This document shows, in pieces, positions 19,532 through 28,297 of a DNA stretch of 64,000 nt. The stretch is from positions 4,162-68,161 of the forward strand of contig JAEYOX010000020.1 in NCBI GenBank assembly GCA_023411265.1, written 5' to 3'. A model generated the notes under the pieces. The model did not search any database and was not told the origin of the DNA. It saw only the letters and a list, made by a program, of their open reading frames with translations. Numbering within the stretch: the stretch's first letter is position 1; each line of letters begins with the position of its first letter. A program made the translations under genes and the position numbers. The stretch comes from Bacteroidota bacterium. Its GTDB lineage: Bacteria > Bacteroidota > Bacteroidia > Flavobacteriales > Weeksellaceae.

Positions 19532-19539
19532 TATCTTTG
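19532..19539 (+). promoter_or_regulatory. -7 element TAtcTTTG upstream of the His/Cys-rich small ORF
   Basis: The consensus match ends 6 nt before the ATG at 19546. Confidence 0.4.
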
Positions 19540-19545
19540 AAAACA

Positions 19546-19899
19546 ATGAAAGCCAGTAAAAAAAACAGTAAACTGCTGAACATCTTATTTTTAGGGATGT
19601 ATCTTTTTGCTGCTTTTTTTGCTGCAGGTTTTCATCATCATAGGAACTCTGAAGTATCCTCGTCAGCAAAAAGCAGTGATATTTACGGATATTCACATGG
19701 CGGAAGCCATGCCGAAACCGCAGGATGTTATTTCTGCCATTTATTGCACCACAATATCACAACTGTTCCCCAAGAATTCAGTATCCACATCGCGGCTGAA
19801 CTCATTTTTACAGAACAACAGAATACTTCCGATCATTACTTTTCAGATCCGGAACGACATGCCCCACCGCTTCGCGGACCTCCCGCATCTTTTATTTGA
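19546..19899 (+). CDS. Small membrane-anchored His/Cys-rich protein (family not recognised)
   Basis: One N-terminal TM segment is followed by GFHHHRN, HGGSHAETAGCYFCHLLHHN and a C-terminal PPLRGPP. It lies immediately upstream of a TonB-dependent receptor. Confidence 0.5.
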   Translation: MKASKKNSKLLNILFLGMYLFAAFFAAGFHHHRNSEVSSSAKSSDIYGYSHGGSHAETAGCYFCHLLHHNITTVPQEFSIHIAAELIFTEQQNTSDHYFSDPERHAPPLRGPPASFI

Positions 19900-19908
19900 T
19901 TCTGACAT

Positions 19909-19937
19909 ACAGAAGATCTGACTTCTGTCTCATTTTT
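19909..19937 (+). terminator. Weak hairpin plus T-run between the small ORF and the receptor gene (possible attenuator)
   Basis: ACAGAAG-ATCTGA-CTTCTGT is followed by CTCATTTTT. The stem is 7 bp and AT-rich. Confidence 0.3.
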
Positions 19938-20009
19938 CATTCATGAAATTCTGTAGCTCGCAGCAGATAGCCGGTGAATTTCAGCAAGAATTAAATAAAC
20001 GATATTCCT

Positions 20010-22394
20010 ATGAAGTTTTATCTCAGTTTCTGGTTTTTTCTTTTGGGAATGGCCGGAAGTCATGCACAAAACACCTTTCGAATTGAAGGAAAAACTATTG
20101 ATTTCCATAACAGTTCCCCTTTGGCCAATGCAGAAATTCACATCGGCAATTTAACAACAATCAGCGATTCCGAAGGAAATTTCGTTTTTCCCGCTATACC
20201 GGAAGGAATCCAGATCCTCTCCGCAAAACATCCCGACTGCGATGTTTTCACCGAAGAACTTATTATAGACCGACCACTTCGCCTCACTATAAAACTGGAA
20301 CACCACGCCACGGAAATAGAGGAAGTTCATATTTCTTCTGGAAGCAATACGAAAGGTGTGATTTCTGTAGCCTCCCTCCTAAAAGAAGATATTTCCCGGA
20401 ACTCCTCAGAAAATCTGGGAAATCTCCTCAGCTCCATTGCTGGCGTCGGTACTCTTAAAACAGGAAATAATATAGTAAAACCGGTGATTCAAGGTTTGTA
20501 CGGAAGCAGAATCCTTATTTTTAATAACAGCGTGCGTATGTCAGAACAGGAATGGGGCGCTGAACATGCGCCTAGCATTGAAACAACAGCTTTCAATAGA
20601 ATCAATGTTGTGAAAGGTGCCGGAATGTTGAAATATGGCGGTGATGCTGCAGGTGGAACGGTATTGCTGGAACCACAGATTTTCCCTGCTAAAGACACCC
20701 TGACGGGAAACGCTACCCTTTCATTTATTTCTAATGGTAGAGGCGCCAAAACCGGTGTACAGCTGGCCAGAATCTGGGAAAACCGGTGGTTTGTGACCGC
20801 AGGCGGGACATATAAAAAGCTCGGAGATTTATATATCCCTCATCACACCCTTCAAAATACCGGCGCCGAAGAACATTCTCTGAATTTTTCCTTTGGTAAA
20901 CGAAGTTTCATGGAAGGAATAGAACTTAGTTACAGTGGAATACAACAGAATTTCGGAATTTTCCGAGGTGCTCATCTTGGCGGCCCCGAAGATTTTTACC
21001 GCGCGATGAACAATGAAAAGTCAGTTTATCTGGATGATTTTCAATATCAGATTCAGCATCCCAAACAGGAAGTAAGCCATCACATCGCCAAAATGGAAAT
21101 GTATAAAAGGTTCTATAATGCAGGTAAGTTTTCATTACAGTATGCCTTCCAGCTCAACCACAGGAAAGAGTTTGATATTCGCAGGGGCGAGTACAGTAGC
21201 CTGCCTTCTATGGATCTGAAACTGATGACTCATAATCTGAAAATAGGGCATCTTCTGGAAAGAGAAAAATGGCAGATCGAAAGCGGAATAGAAGGTAGCT
21301 TTCAGGATAATTTTCCGGATCCTTCTACCCAGGCAAGACGTTTAATTCCTGATTATTTACGTTATGATGCAGGAGTATTTTCGGTCTTTCAGTATCAGTT
21401 CACGGATCAACTTAAAGCTGAAGCAGGAGTACGCTACGATTTCACACAGTATGATTCCTACAAATATTATGACCGGAGCGAATGGGAACAGCGTTTCGCG
21501 GACCGTTTTCCTCATTTTGTAATGTCTGAAAATGGAAGTCGCATTCTGGTACGTCCACAGTTGCAGTTTCACAATATTGCAGCAAATGCAGGACTCCGCT
21601 ATACTCCTTCCAAGCTTTTGCGCGGTACTTTCAATTTCTCCCGAACCAGCAGAACGCCAAATGCCGCAGAACTATTTGCGGACGGACTGCATCATTCCGC
21701 GGCCATTATTGAAAAAGGGGATTTGAGTTTACAGCAGGAAGAAATGTATCACATCAACCTGTCTGCTATTACAAAGCTGAAGGTTTTGAACGGTCTTCAA
21801 CTAGACGTTTCACCTTATCTGTTATTTTCCGACAGTTTCATTCATCAGCTGCCAACAGGAATTCAAAACTCGAACCGGGGAATTTTTATGATCTGGAGTT
21901 ATCAGCAGACCAGAGCGCGCATTTTTGGAATTGATGCCGATCTGCAGCTTGAAATCAATGATCAATTCACATGGACTTCGCGCTTCAGTACGTTACGCGG
22001 AGATGATCTGAAAAACGAAGAACCACTGATTCTCATGATGCCAACCACTTTCCGGAATGCAATAGAATGGAAAACAAAAAACGCTTCAAGTCTTTTCCTT
22101 AAACTGGAAAATGAAACCGTTCTGAAACAGAACCGGTTTCCGATCCGCAACCAGACCCTTGATGTTGTAGAGAATGGAAAAATTGTTTCCAAAGTACTGG
22201 ATACCAGCACCACACCTTCTGCATACAGTCTTTTCCATTTCTCTGCCGGGATGGAGATTTTTAAAAAATTCAATATCAATGTGAGTCTCAATAATCTTTT
22301 GAACACCGAATACCGGGATGCCCTGAACAGACTTCGGTATTTCGCACCTGAACTGGGAAGAAGCCTGATTCTCAGTTTACATTATCACTTTTAA
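20010..22394 (+). CDS. TonB-dependent receptor with N-terminal carboxypeptidase-regulatory-like domain
   Basis: 794 aa with a signal peptide. A CarboxypepD_reg-like segment (FRIEGKTIDFHNSSPLANAEIHIG...DSEGNFVF) and a plug region are present. The C-terminal beta-barrel ends with LSLHYHF, a terminal aromatic residue. Confidence 0.85.
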   Translation: MKFYLSFWFFLLGMAGSHAQNTFRIEGKTIDFHNSSPLANAEIHIGNLTTISDSEGNFVFPAIPEGIQILSAKHPDCDVFTEELIIDRPLRLTIKLEHHATEIEEVHISSGSNTKGVISVASLLKEDISRNSSENLGNLLSSIAGVGTLKTGNNIVKPVIQGLYGSRILIFNNSVRMSEQEWGAEHAPSIETTAFNRINVVKGAGMLKYGGDAAGGTVLLEPQIFPAKDTLTGNATLSFISNGRGAKTGVQLARIWENRWFVTAGGTYKKLGDLYIPHHTLQNTGAEEHSLNFSFGKRSFMEGIELSYSGIQQNFGIFRGAHLGGPEDFYRAMNNEKSVYLDDFQYQIQHPKQEVSHHIAKMEMYKRFYNAGKFSLQYAFQLNHRKEFDIRRGEYSSLPSMDLKLMTHNLKIGHLLEREKWQIESGIEGSFQDNFPDPSTQARRLIPDYLRYDAGVFSVFQYQFTDQLKAEAGVRYDFTQYDSYKYYDRSEWEQRFADRFPHFVMSENGSRILVRPQLQFHNIAANAGLRYTPSKLLRGTFNFSRTSRTPNAAELFADGLHHSAAIIEKGDLSLQQEEMYHINLSAITKLKVLNGLQLDVSPYLLFSDSFIHQLPTGIQNSNRGIFMIWSYQQTRARIFGIDADLQLEINDQFTWTSRFSTLRGDDLKNEEPLILMMPTTFRNAIEWKTKNASSLFLKLENETVLKQNRFPIRNQTLDVVENGKIVSKVLDTSTTPSAYSLFHFSAGMEIFKKFNINVSLNNLLNTEYRDALNRLRYFAPELGRSLILSLHYHF

Positions 22395-22431
22395 TTCAAA
22401 TCAAATTAAATATAACTTAAATTTATTGACG

Positions 22432-22989
22432 ATGAAAAATATTTTAAATCTCACCATACTTTTTTCATCAATTCTTCTCATCTTTTCCTGCCGGGGAAAT
22501 GATATTCCGGAAGACATTCACGAACATGAAGAAATCGAAAAAGTTACGCTGACCGTTACTGAGAAAGGTAACACTGCGAATGTGCAAAACATTACATATA
22601 TCGGCGGAAATTCAGACAGTCCGCTGACACTCGAAAACGGAAAAACCTATTCCGTAAGTGTAGATTTCTTTCATAAACATGACGATCATTATCACAGTAT
22701 GCTCGACGAAATGATCGAAGAGAAAGACCATCATTTCATCACTTACGAATTCGGAGGAATTACAGCGGATCTGATCAGAACAACCAATGATGTGATGCGA
22801 AGTGACGGAAAAAAACTGGGGCTGAAAACCGAATGGACCATCAAAAGCGTGCCGGTATCAGCAAAAGTTTTTATTAAACTCTATCATCAGTCCGTAACTG
22901 TGGATGATCATTTTCCTTCTGCAAGTAATCAGCAAGGAAAAGTAACCGGTGGCGAAGCTGATGCTGACATAAAAATTGACATCCAATAA
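22432..22989 (+). CDS. His-rich lipoprotein, putative metal-binding accessory protein of the receptor
   Basis: It has the lipobox LIFSC and the His/acidic clusters DIHEHEEIE, FFHKHDDHYHSMLDEMIEEKDHHF and VDDHF. It starts 35 nt after the receptor gene. Confidence 0.55.
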   Translation: MKNILNLTILFSSILLIFSCRGNDIPEDIHEHEEIEKVTLTVTEKGNTANVQNITYIGGNSDSPLTLENGKTYSVSVDFFHKHDDHYHSMLDEMIEEKDHHFITYEFGGITADLIRTTNDVMRSDGKKLGLKTEWTIKSVPVSAKVFIKLYHQSVTVDDHFPSASNQQGKVTGGEADADIKIDIQ

Positions 22990-23006
22990 ATCCTTTACAC
23001 GAAAGA

Positions 23007-23035
23007 AAATCCGGCACTGTGTCCGGATTTTTTTA
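23007..23035 (+). terminator. Rho-independent terminator ending the receptor/lipoprotein unit
   Basis: AAAATCCGG...CCGGATTTTTTT forms a stem followed by a T-run. Confidence 0.7.
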
Positions 23036-23082
23036 TTCAGAATAGTTTCCTGATAATGAAAGGGATTTTAATAAAAATTTCC

Positions 23083-23090
23083 TATTTTTG
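23083..23090 (+). promoter_or_regulatory. -7 element TAttTTTG upstream of tig
   Basis: The consensus match lies 37 nt upstream of the ATG at 23128. Confidence 0.4.
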
Positions 23091-23127
23091 CGAACCGAAT
23101 TTTTAATAAAAAAAATCAATTTATATA

Positions 23128-24462
23128 ATGAAGGTTACAGCAAAAAACCACGATGAAGTCAGCGCATTACTCACCGTAACGGTAGACAGAGCAGATTATA
23201 AGGATAAAGTAGAAAAACAGTTGCATAACTATGCAAAGAATGCGCAGGTTCCGGGCTTCAGAAAAGGGAAAGTACCTATGAGCCTAGTGAAAAGGCAATA
23301 TGAAGCTCCAATTGCTTTTGAAGAAATTAACAAACTGGTTAGCGATACCCTGAACAATTATATCAATGAAAATAATTTAAAACTCGTTGGCCAGCCTGTC
23401 CCGGAGCCGATGAATGATTTTGATTATAAAGCAGAGCAGCTCACGGTAGCTTTTGAAGTAGGTTATGAACCGAATTTCAGCATCGATTTGAGCAAATATG
23501 AAGCGCCACATTACAAAATAGATGCCTCGGATAAAGAAATCAACCAGTCGGTGGAGAATATGCAAAAACGTTTTGCCGAGCAGGTTCCTCAGGATAAAAT
23601 TGGAAAAGACAGTTATGTTTCTCTAGAGATAACACAAGTAGTGGAAGAAAATGCAGAAGGCGATCACAACCATCCGCCTAAGAAAGTAACCATTACTTCT
23701 GAAAATAAAGATGCTTTCAAACTGGTGAAGTCCTTGAAAATGGATGAATCTGTAAAAGTGTCCAGAGAAGAGATTCAGAAAAATGAAACGCTTGCAAAAG
23801 AATTGGGATTCAGTAAAGCGGATGCAGAACATCTTCACCATGACGAAATAGAAGTAACGGTAAAAGATTTCTACGGACTAAACCCTCATGAACTGAACCA
23901 GGAACTTTTCGATAAAGTATATGGGGAAGGGACTATCAATTCTGAAGATGAACTGAGAAGCAAAGTAAAAACGGAACTGGACGAATATTTCCAGCAGAAC
24001 GCCGATGTATTCTTTGTTAATAAAATCCTGGAACAGGTCACCGAAAAAGAAGAAGTACAGCTGCCGGAAAATTTCCTTATCAAATGGCTAATGTTCAGCA
24101 ATGAAAATATCAGAACTGAAGACCGTGCTAAAGAAGTCTTAGAAGCTGAAAAGGCGACCATCAAGCATCAAATTATCGAAGGAAAATTGATGAATGACAA
24201 CGAGATCAAACTGGATTATGCGGATGTTTTAGCACAGGCTGAGCAAATGGTGAGAAACCAACTGGCGATGTATGGAATTCACCACCTTGCAGATGAAGAA
24301 GTACAGAAATACGCTGTGGAAATGCTGAAAGAAGAAGAGCAGGTACGTCAGATTTCTTCTGAAGTAGCGATGGCCAAACTGAAAGATGTTATTCTGGAAA
24401 AAGCATCTAGGAAAGAAACCAAAATTTCACATGATGAGTTTCTTGAAATAATAAAGGAATAA
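23128..24462 (+). CDS. tig: Trigger factor
   Basis: 444 aa. The N-terminal ribosome-binding region carries GFRKGKVPMSLVKRQY. Length and acidic composition are typical of the family. Confidence 0.9.
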   Translation: MKVTAKNHDEVSALLTVTVDRADYKDKVEKQLHNYAKNAQVPGFRKGKVPMSLVKRQYEAPIAFEEINKLVSDTLNNYINENNLKLVGQPVPEPMNDFDYKAEQLTVAFEVGYEPNFSIDLSKYEAPHYKIDASDKEINQSVENMQKRFAEQVPQDKIGKDSYVSLEITQVVEENAEGDHNHPPKKVTITSENKDAFKLVKSLKMDESVKVSREEIQKNETLAKELGFSKADAEHLHHDEIEVTVKDFYGLNPHELNQELFDKVYGEGTINSEDELRSKVKTELDEYFQQNADVFFVNKILEQVTEKEEVQLPENFLIKWLMFSNENIRTEDRAKEVLEAEKATIKHQIIEGKLMNDNEIKLDYADVLAQAEQMVRNQLAMYGIHHLADEEVQKYAVEMLKEEEQVRQISSEVAMAKLKDVILEKASRKETKISHDEFLEIIKE

Positions 24463-24481
24463 TCTTTGATCATTTACCTAT

Positions 24482-24514
24482 AAAATTCCGCTTCATATGA
24501 AACGGAATTTTTTT
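24482..24514. terminator. Bidirectional rho-independent terminator
   Basis: AAAATTCCG-CTTCATATGAAA-CGGAATTTTTTT lies between convergent tig and the mgtC-like gene. Confidence 0.7.
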
Positions 24515-24516
24515 GG

Positions 24517-25173
24517 TTAAAATTTAAAGCTGCTTAGTTTCTGTTCACTCAGAAGAAAATCCTCCAACGCTTTAATTTTGTTTGCATGAATCTGAAGCTC
24601 TATTGTAACTTCTACTTTTCCGTCATATTTTTCAATATAGATTTCACTCTGATGAACAGTGTAATCTTCTATCTGCTCGATAATTTCGGTTCTGGCATCG
24701 GCATCAGTTTCTGCCAGACTTAACTGTAATACGCGACTACTATGCTGAGGCATCAGCCAGTGGACAAAATATCGGGAGATGTAAATAATGAACAGTGAAG
24801 ATAGTAGAAAAATACCACTAAGGGTCACATAACCGAACCCGATTGACATCCCTATAGCAGCGGAAATCCAAATGATTCCCGCAGTAGTGAGCCCGTACAC
24901 ATTGAATCCGGATTTAAAAATAACACCTGCTCCCAGAAATCCGATTCCGGTGATGATGTTGGCTGCAATTCTACCTGGATCATTCGTTCCCACTCCTATT
25001 TTCATGGAAATGATGGTAAATAGCGCTGATCCTAGACAGATGATGGTAATGGTTTTCAACCCTGCAGATTTGTCTTTCATTTCTCGCTCGTAGCCCAGAA
25101 TGAGGCCGGCAATAATAGCAAAAAGTGCTTTGTAAACATCCGTCATTTCAAAATGATCCAAATAGGCAAACAT
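24517..25173 (-). CDS. MgtC/SapB family membrane protein
   Basis: It has GYEREMKDKSAGLKT and GIGFLGAGVIF, an N-terminal TM domain and a C-terminal ACT-like domain. Confidence 0.8.
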   Translation of the reverse strand: MFAYLDHFEMTDVYKALFAIIAGLILGYEREMKDKSAGLKTITIICLGSALFTIISMKIGVGTNDPGRIAANIITGIGFLGAGVIFKSGFNVYGLTTAGIIWISAAIGMSIGFGYVTLSGIFLLSSLFIIYISRYFVHWLMPQHSSRVLQLSLAETDADARTEIIEQIEDYTVHQSEIYIEKYDGKVEVTIELQIHANKIKALEDFLLSEQKLSSFKF

Positions 25174-25242
25174 CTCAACATTTTTTAGAAAACGAAATTA
25201 ACTAAACCCTACGAAACCACATTATACAGTGCATTCTATAAT

Positions 25243-25836
25243 TTATAAAATTTCTTCTCCAAATTCCTTTTTCCATTCTACAGCAGCATCACACAAAGTA
25301 GTATAAAACTTTTCACCATATTTGCGGATCAGCGGTGTTTTCAAAAACTGGTACACCGGCACCTGAAGTTCTTTTCCTAAAGTGCAGGCATCGCTGCAAA
25401 TGTGCCATTCATGATAGTTCAGTGCTGTGAAAGTGGAATATTCCTGCACGCGGATCGGGTAAAGATGACAGGAAATTGGTTTTTGCCAATCGACTGCACC
25501 GTCTTCATAAGCTTTTTCTATACCACATTTCGTGATTCCTTTATCATCAAATATCACATAGGCACATTCTCTGCCGTTTACCATAGGCGTTACAAAATCT
25601 CCATCCATAGAGTCTACAGTCCAAGTTCCCTGTTCTTCCAAAGCTTTCACTCCTTCCGGGCGAAGGTAGGGTTTTACTTTATCAAAAATTTCTTCCAGAA
25701 TTTTGGTTTCTTCCTTAACCAAAGGTGCACCTACATCGCCTTCTACGCAACAAGCTCCTTTACATTTGGAAAGATTACACACAAACTCTTCAGAAAAAAT
25801 ATCTTCAGAGATTAATTTATCGTCAATTTGTATCAT
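25243..25836 (-). CDS. DUF3109 family Cys-rich protein
   Basis: 197 aa with Cys clusters (CKGACCVEG, ECAY, KCGIE, SCHLYPIR, HICSDAC), as in Bacteroidetes DUF3109. Confidence 0.7.
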   Translation of the reverse strand: MIQIDDKLISEDIFSEEFVCNLSKCKGACCVEGDVGAPLVKEETKILEEIFDKVKPYLRPEGVKALEEQGTWTVDSMDGDFVTPMVNGRECAYVIFDDKGITKCGIEKAYEDGAVDWQKPISCHLYPIRVQEYSTFTALNYHEWHICSDACTLGKELQVPVYQFLKTPLIRKYGEKFYTTLCDAAVEWKKEFGEEIL

Positions 25837-25838
25837 TT

Positions 25839-26744
25839 TTAAATTAAAAAATTAAATGAAGTAAGTTTAAAGGCAAGCAAAGAAGCAATGATCAGAAAGA
25901 GACCAAGTTCTTTTTGCCAGGTTTTCTTTGCAAATCTAAGCAGCCTACTCAGAATAATGCTTGCAGGCAAAGCCATCAGCAGTAGAAATTCATAATGATT
26001 TCCCATATAAAGCACTACTGTTGTAAGCTGTGCAACAGAAAATATTAGCACAAAGGTATATTTAAATTTGCTAACCGGGCTTTTCTTGTTGAAATTTGCA
26101 AAATGATCTACCACCGCTAAAACCATAAACAATGCAACAGGAATAAGGTATAATAACTGATAAAAATCCGGATTGATCTTAAATTCATCGAATGGAAAAT
26201 AGGCCTCATCCCAACTGTGAAATCCAAAAAAATACATAATGGTAAAATAGCTGCTCACCATCAAGAAAGCTCCAAAAAAAAGACGGAACAAATGAAGCAA
26301 AACCCTGCCCGATGTAATAATAATATGCAGAAAAACAAACACCGCCATAGGCCATGTAGCAGGAAGCACGAGATAATTGAGTGCTAAAATAGCACCTACC
26401 AGAACAATGGATTTCCTTCGCAGTTCCTCGTCATTATGCGTCAGAGTCAGTATGATAAAAGAGTTGGTGAGCAAGGCAACGGCAATTCCAATATCCAAAT
26501 CTCCGGGATAAAAGGCAAAAATAAAAAAGGTGTACAGAAATAATGGAAGATGAGTCTGATAATTTAATCCGATAGTATTAAAACAAAAATAGCCTAATGC
26601 AATGCCTGCGAAGGTAATCATGGCAATAGCCAAATCGAAAGTGCTGTAACTTAATATATTAAACACTATTACCATCAACAAGAGAAACGCAATATACACC
26701 GGTATCGAAAAAATATTGCTTTCTTTTGAAAGTAATCTGAACAT
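25839..26744 (-). CDS. Polytopic membrane protein of unknown function (DUF6427-like)
   Basis: 301 aa with about 9 TM segments. Its stop lies 2 nt from the DUF3109 start, so the two look like an operon. Confidence 0.5.
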   Translation of the reverse strand: MFRLLSKESNIFSIPVYIAFLLLMVIVFNILSYSTFDLAIAMITFAGIALGYFCFNTIGLNYQTHLPLFLYTFFIFAFYPGDLDIGIAVALLTNSFIILTLTHNDEELRRKSIVLVGAILALNYLVLPATWPMAVFVFLHIIITSGRVLLHLFRLFFGAFLMVSSYFTIMYFFGFHSWDEAYFPFDEFKINPDFYQLLYLIPVALFMVLAVVDHFANFNKKSPVSKFKYTFVLIFSVAQLTTVVLYMGNHYEFLLLMALPASIILSRLLRFAKKTWQKELGLFLIIASLLAFKLTSFNFLI

Positions 26745-26787
26745 TTTTCTTAAATTTGTACAAAGTTAATTTAAAAAAAGGTAAATA

Positions 26788-27018
26788 ATGACGTCTTTCT
26801 GGCTGTTCTTAAGCGATGTTTTCAAGTGGTCTTTTGGTTTTTTCGACCTTACTGCCAACGTTTTGAATTGGATTTTGTTTCTCGTATCCTGTGCGTTATT
26901 TACGTATTGGTGTTATGTACTGGTAGTCACATTGGGAAATAACAAAGACAAAGAATATGTATCTCCCTCCAAGGAGATCCGTCCTTATTATGATCCTGAA
27001 ATCTATAAGAAAGGTTAA
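26788..27018 (+). CDS. Small two-TM membrane protein
   Basis: 76 aa with two hydrophobic helices. It is followed by a strong terminator. Confidence 0.5.
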   Translation: MTSFWLFLSDVFKWSFGFFDLTANVLNWILFLVSCALFTYWCYVLVVTLGNNKDKEYVSPSKEIRPYYDPEIYKKG

Positions 27019-27038
27019 ATAATTTGATTATATATAGA

Positions 27039-27070
27039 AGCCCGTTTTTCTGCTGAAAACGGGCTTTTTT
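27039..27070. terminator. Bidirectional rho-independent terminator
   Basis: AGCCCGTTTT-TCTGCTG-AAAACGGGCT forms a 10-bp stem followed by a T-run. Confidence 0.8.
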
Positions 27071-27085
27071 ATTAAAATTCTGAGG

Positions 27086-27523
27086 TTATTTATGACAGGG
27101 AATTACTAGAACTGGAATAGGTGAATTTTTGGTCATGTCTTTGGTCAGGCTTCCTACAAATACGTCATACATTCCACTGCGGCCGTGCGATCCCATTACA
27201 ATGTACGTAGCCTTTTTTTCTTCCGCGTATTCCAGAATAAGTTCTTTAGCGGAACCCTGTCTCAGAAAATGTTCGCAGGGAATTCCTCGTGAAACTATGA
27301 GCTGTTCTATCTCGTGAAGTTGTGCAAGTTCAGCTTTTATTTCGTTCTGTTCCACTTCCGGAAAATACTGAAAACCCATGTCACCAATAGCAAATCCTAT
27401 GTCTAACGGTGCCACGTGAATCAGGCAAATTTTGGCATTTATTTCTTTTGCAAACTGTATTGCACCCTCAATTAGTTTGTTATTATCTTCCGCAAAATCT
27501 ACCGGTAATACAATATTTTTCAT
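27086..27523 (-). CDS. Universal stress protein (UspA family)
   Basis: 145 aa. It begins MKNIVLPVDF and carries the ATP-binding motif GSHGRSG. Confidence 0.85.
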   Translation of the reverse strand: MKNIVLPVDFAEDNNKLIEGAIQFAKEINAKICLIHVAPLDIGFAIGDMGFQYFPEVEQNEIKAELAQLHEIEQLIVSRGIPCEHFLRQGSAKELILEYAEEKKATYIVMGSHGRSGMYDVFVGSLTKDMTKNSPIPVLVIPCHK

Positions 27524-27644
27524 GTTACTGATTTATTTCCCTTAAAGATAGGAATTTTCTTAAACTTCAATCCATGAAATACAAATTTTTCTTTTTTGAG
27601 CAAAAATGCAATTGATAAAATGATTAGCTTTGTGTACACAGGCC

Positions 27645-28178
27645 ATGAAATGTGCAGATTATTTTGCTAAAAAATCATTCACAATGGAAAAATACACTAT
27701 ACCATCCCAAACCCATATCGGACATGTTCATTTAAAAGTTTCAAACTTACAGCGCGCTTTAGATTTTTACTGCGGATTACTCGGCTTTGAACTTACGGTC
27801 ATGTACGGCAGACAAGCTGCCTTTATTTCCGCCGGTGGCTATCATCATCATATCGGTCTTAATACTTGGCACAGCAAAGGAGCACCTCTGGCACCCCGCA
27901 CAGGCGTCGGGTTATATCATACCGCTATCCTTTATCCAACGAGGAGGGATCTTGCGGAAATTTTTGAACGTCTTAAAGAAGCTGAATATCCATTGACGGG
28001 TGCAAGCGATCATGGCGTATCCGAGGCATTGTATCTGGATGATCCGGACGGCAATGGAGTTGAACTTTACTGGGACAGGCCGAAAAATCTTTGGCCACAG
28101 AAAAGTGACGGATCGCTGGATATGTTCACAAATCCCCTGAATCTTACCGACTTGCTTAGTGAATTAGAAAAAGATTAA
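27645..28178 (+). CDS. VOC (glyoxalase/dioxygenase) family protein
   Basis: It has IGHVHLKVSNLQRALDFY and HTAILY, so it is VOC-fold. The start is uncertain: ATG 27645 or ATG 27684. A TAgcTTTG box at about 27625-27632 argues against the TTG at 27630 used in the track. Confidence 0.75.
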   Translation: MKCADYFAKKSFTMEKYTIPSQTHIGHVHLKVSNLQRALDFYCGLLGFELTVMYGRQAAFISAGGYHHHIGLNTWHSKGAPLAPRTGVGLYHTAILYPTRRDLAEIFERLKEAEYPLTGASDHGVSEALYLDDPDGNGVELYWDRPKNLWPQKSDGSLDMFTNPLNLTDLLSELEKD

Positions 28179-28297
28179 TTTGTTTGTTTCATTCTTTTTT
28201 TCATTGAAAATTTCAAGTGAAAAATAAAGATCGATGCCGTTAATGAGTGAACCACGGAAATAGACACTTAAAATAAATCCGAATAATTCCTCACCAT

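Noticed and set aside
28255-28297. Weak resemblance of AAATCCGAATAATTCCTC, at the far side of the 28.3-30.5 kb pair, to the tRNA-Ser 3' end (GGTTCGAATCCCTCTTTCTCC), considered as a possible att repeat.
   Set aside because: Only about 9 scattered matches are present. The island would also lie 5' of the tRNA, the wrong side for classical tRNA-3'-end integration, and no integrase is present.
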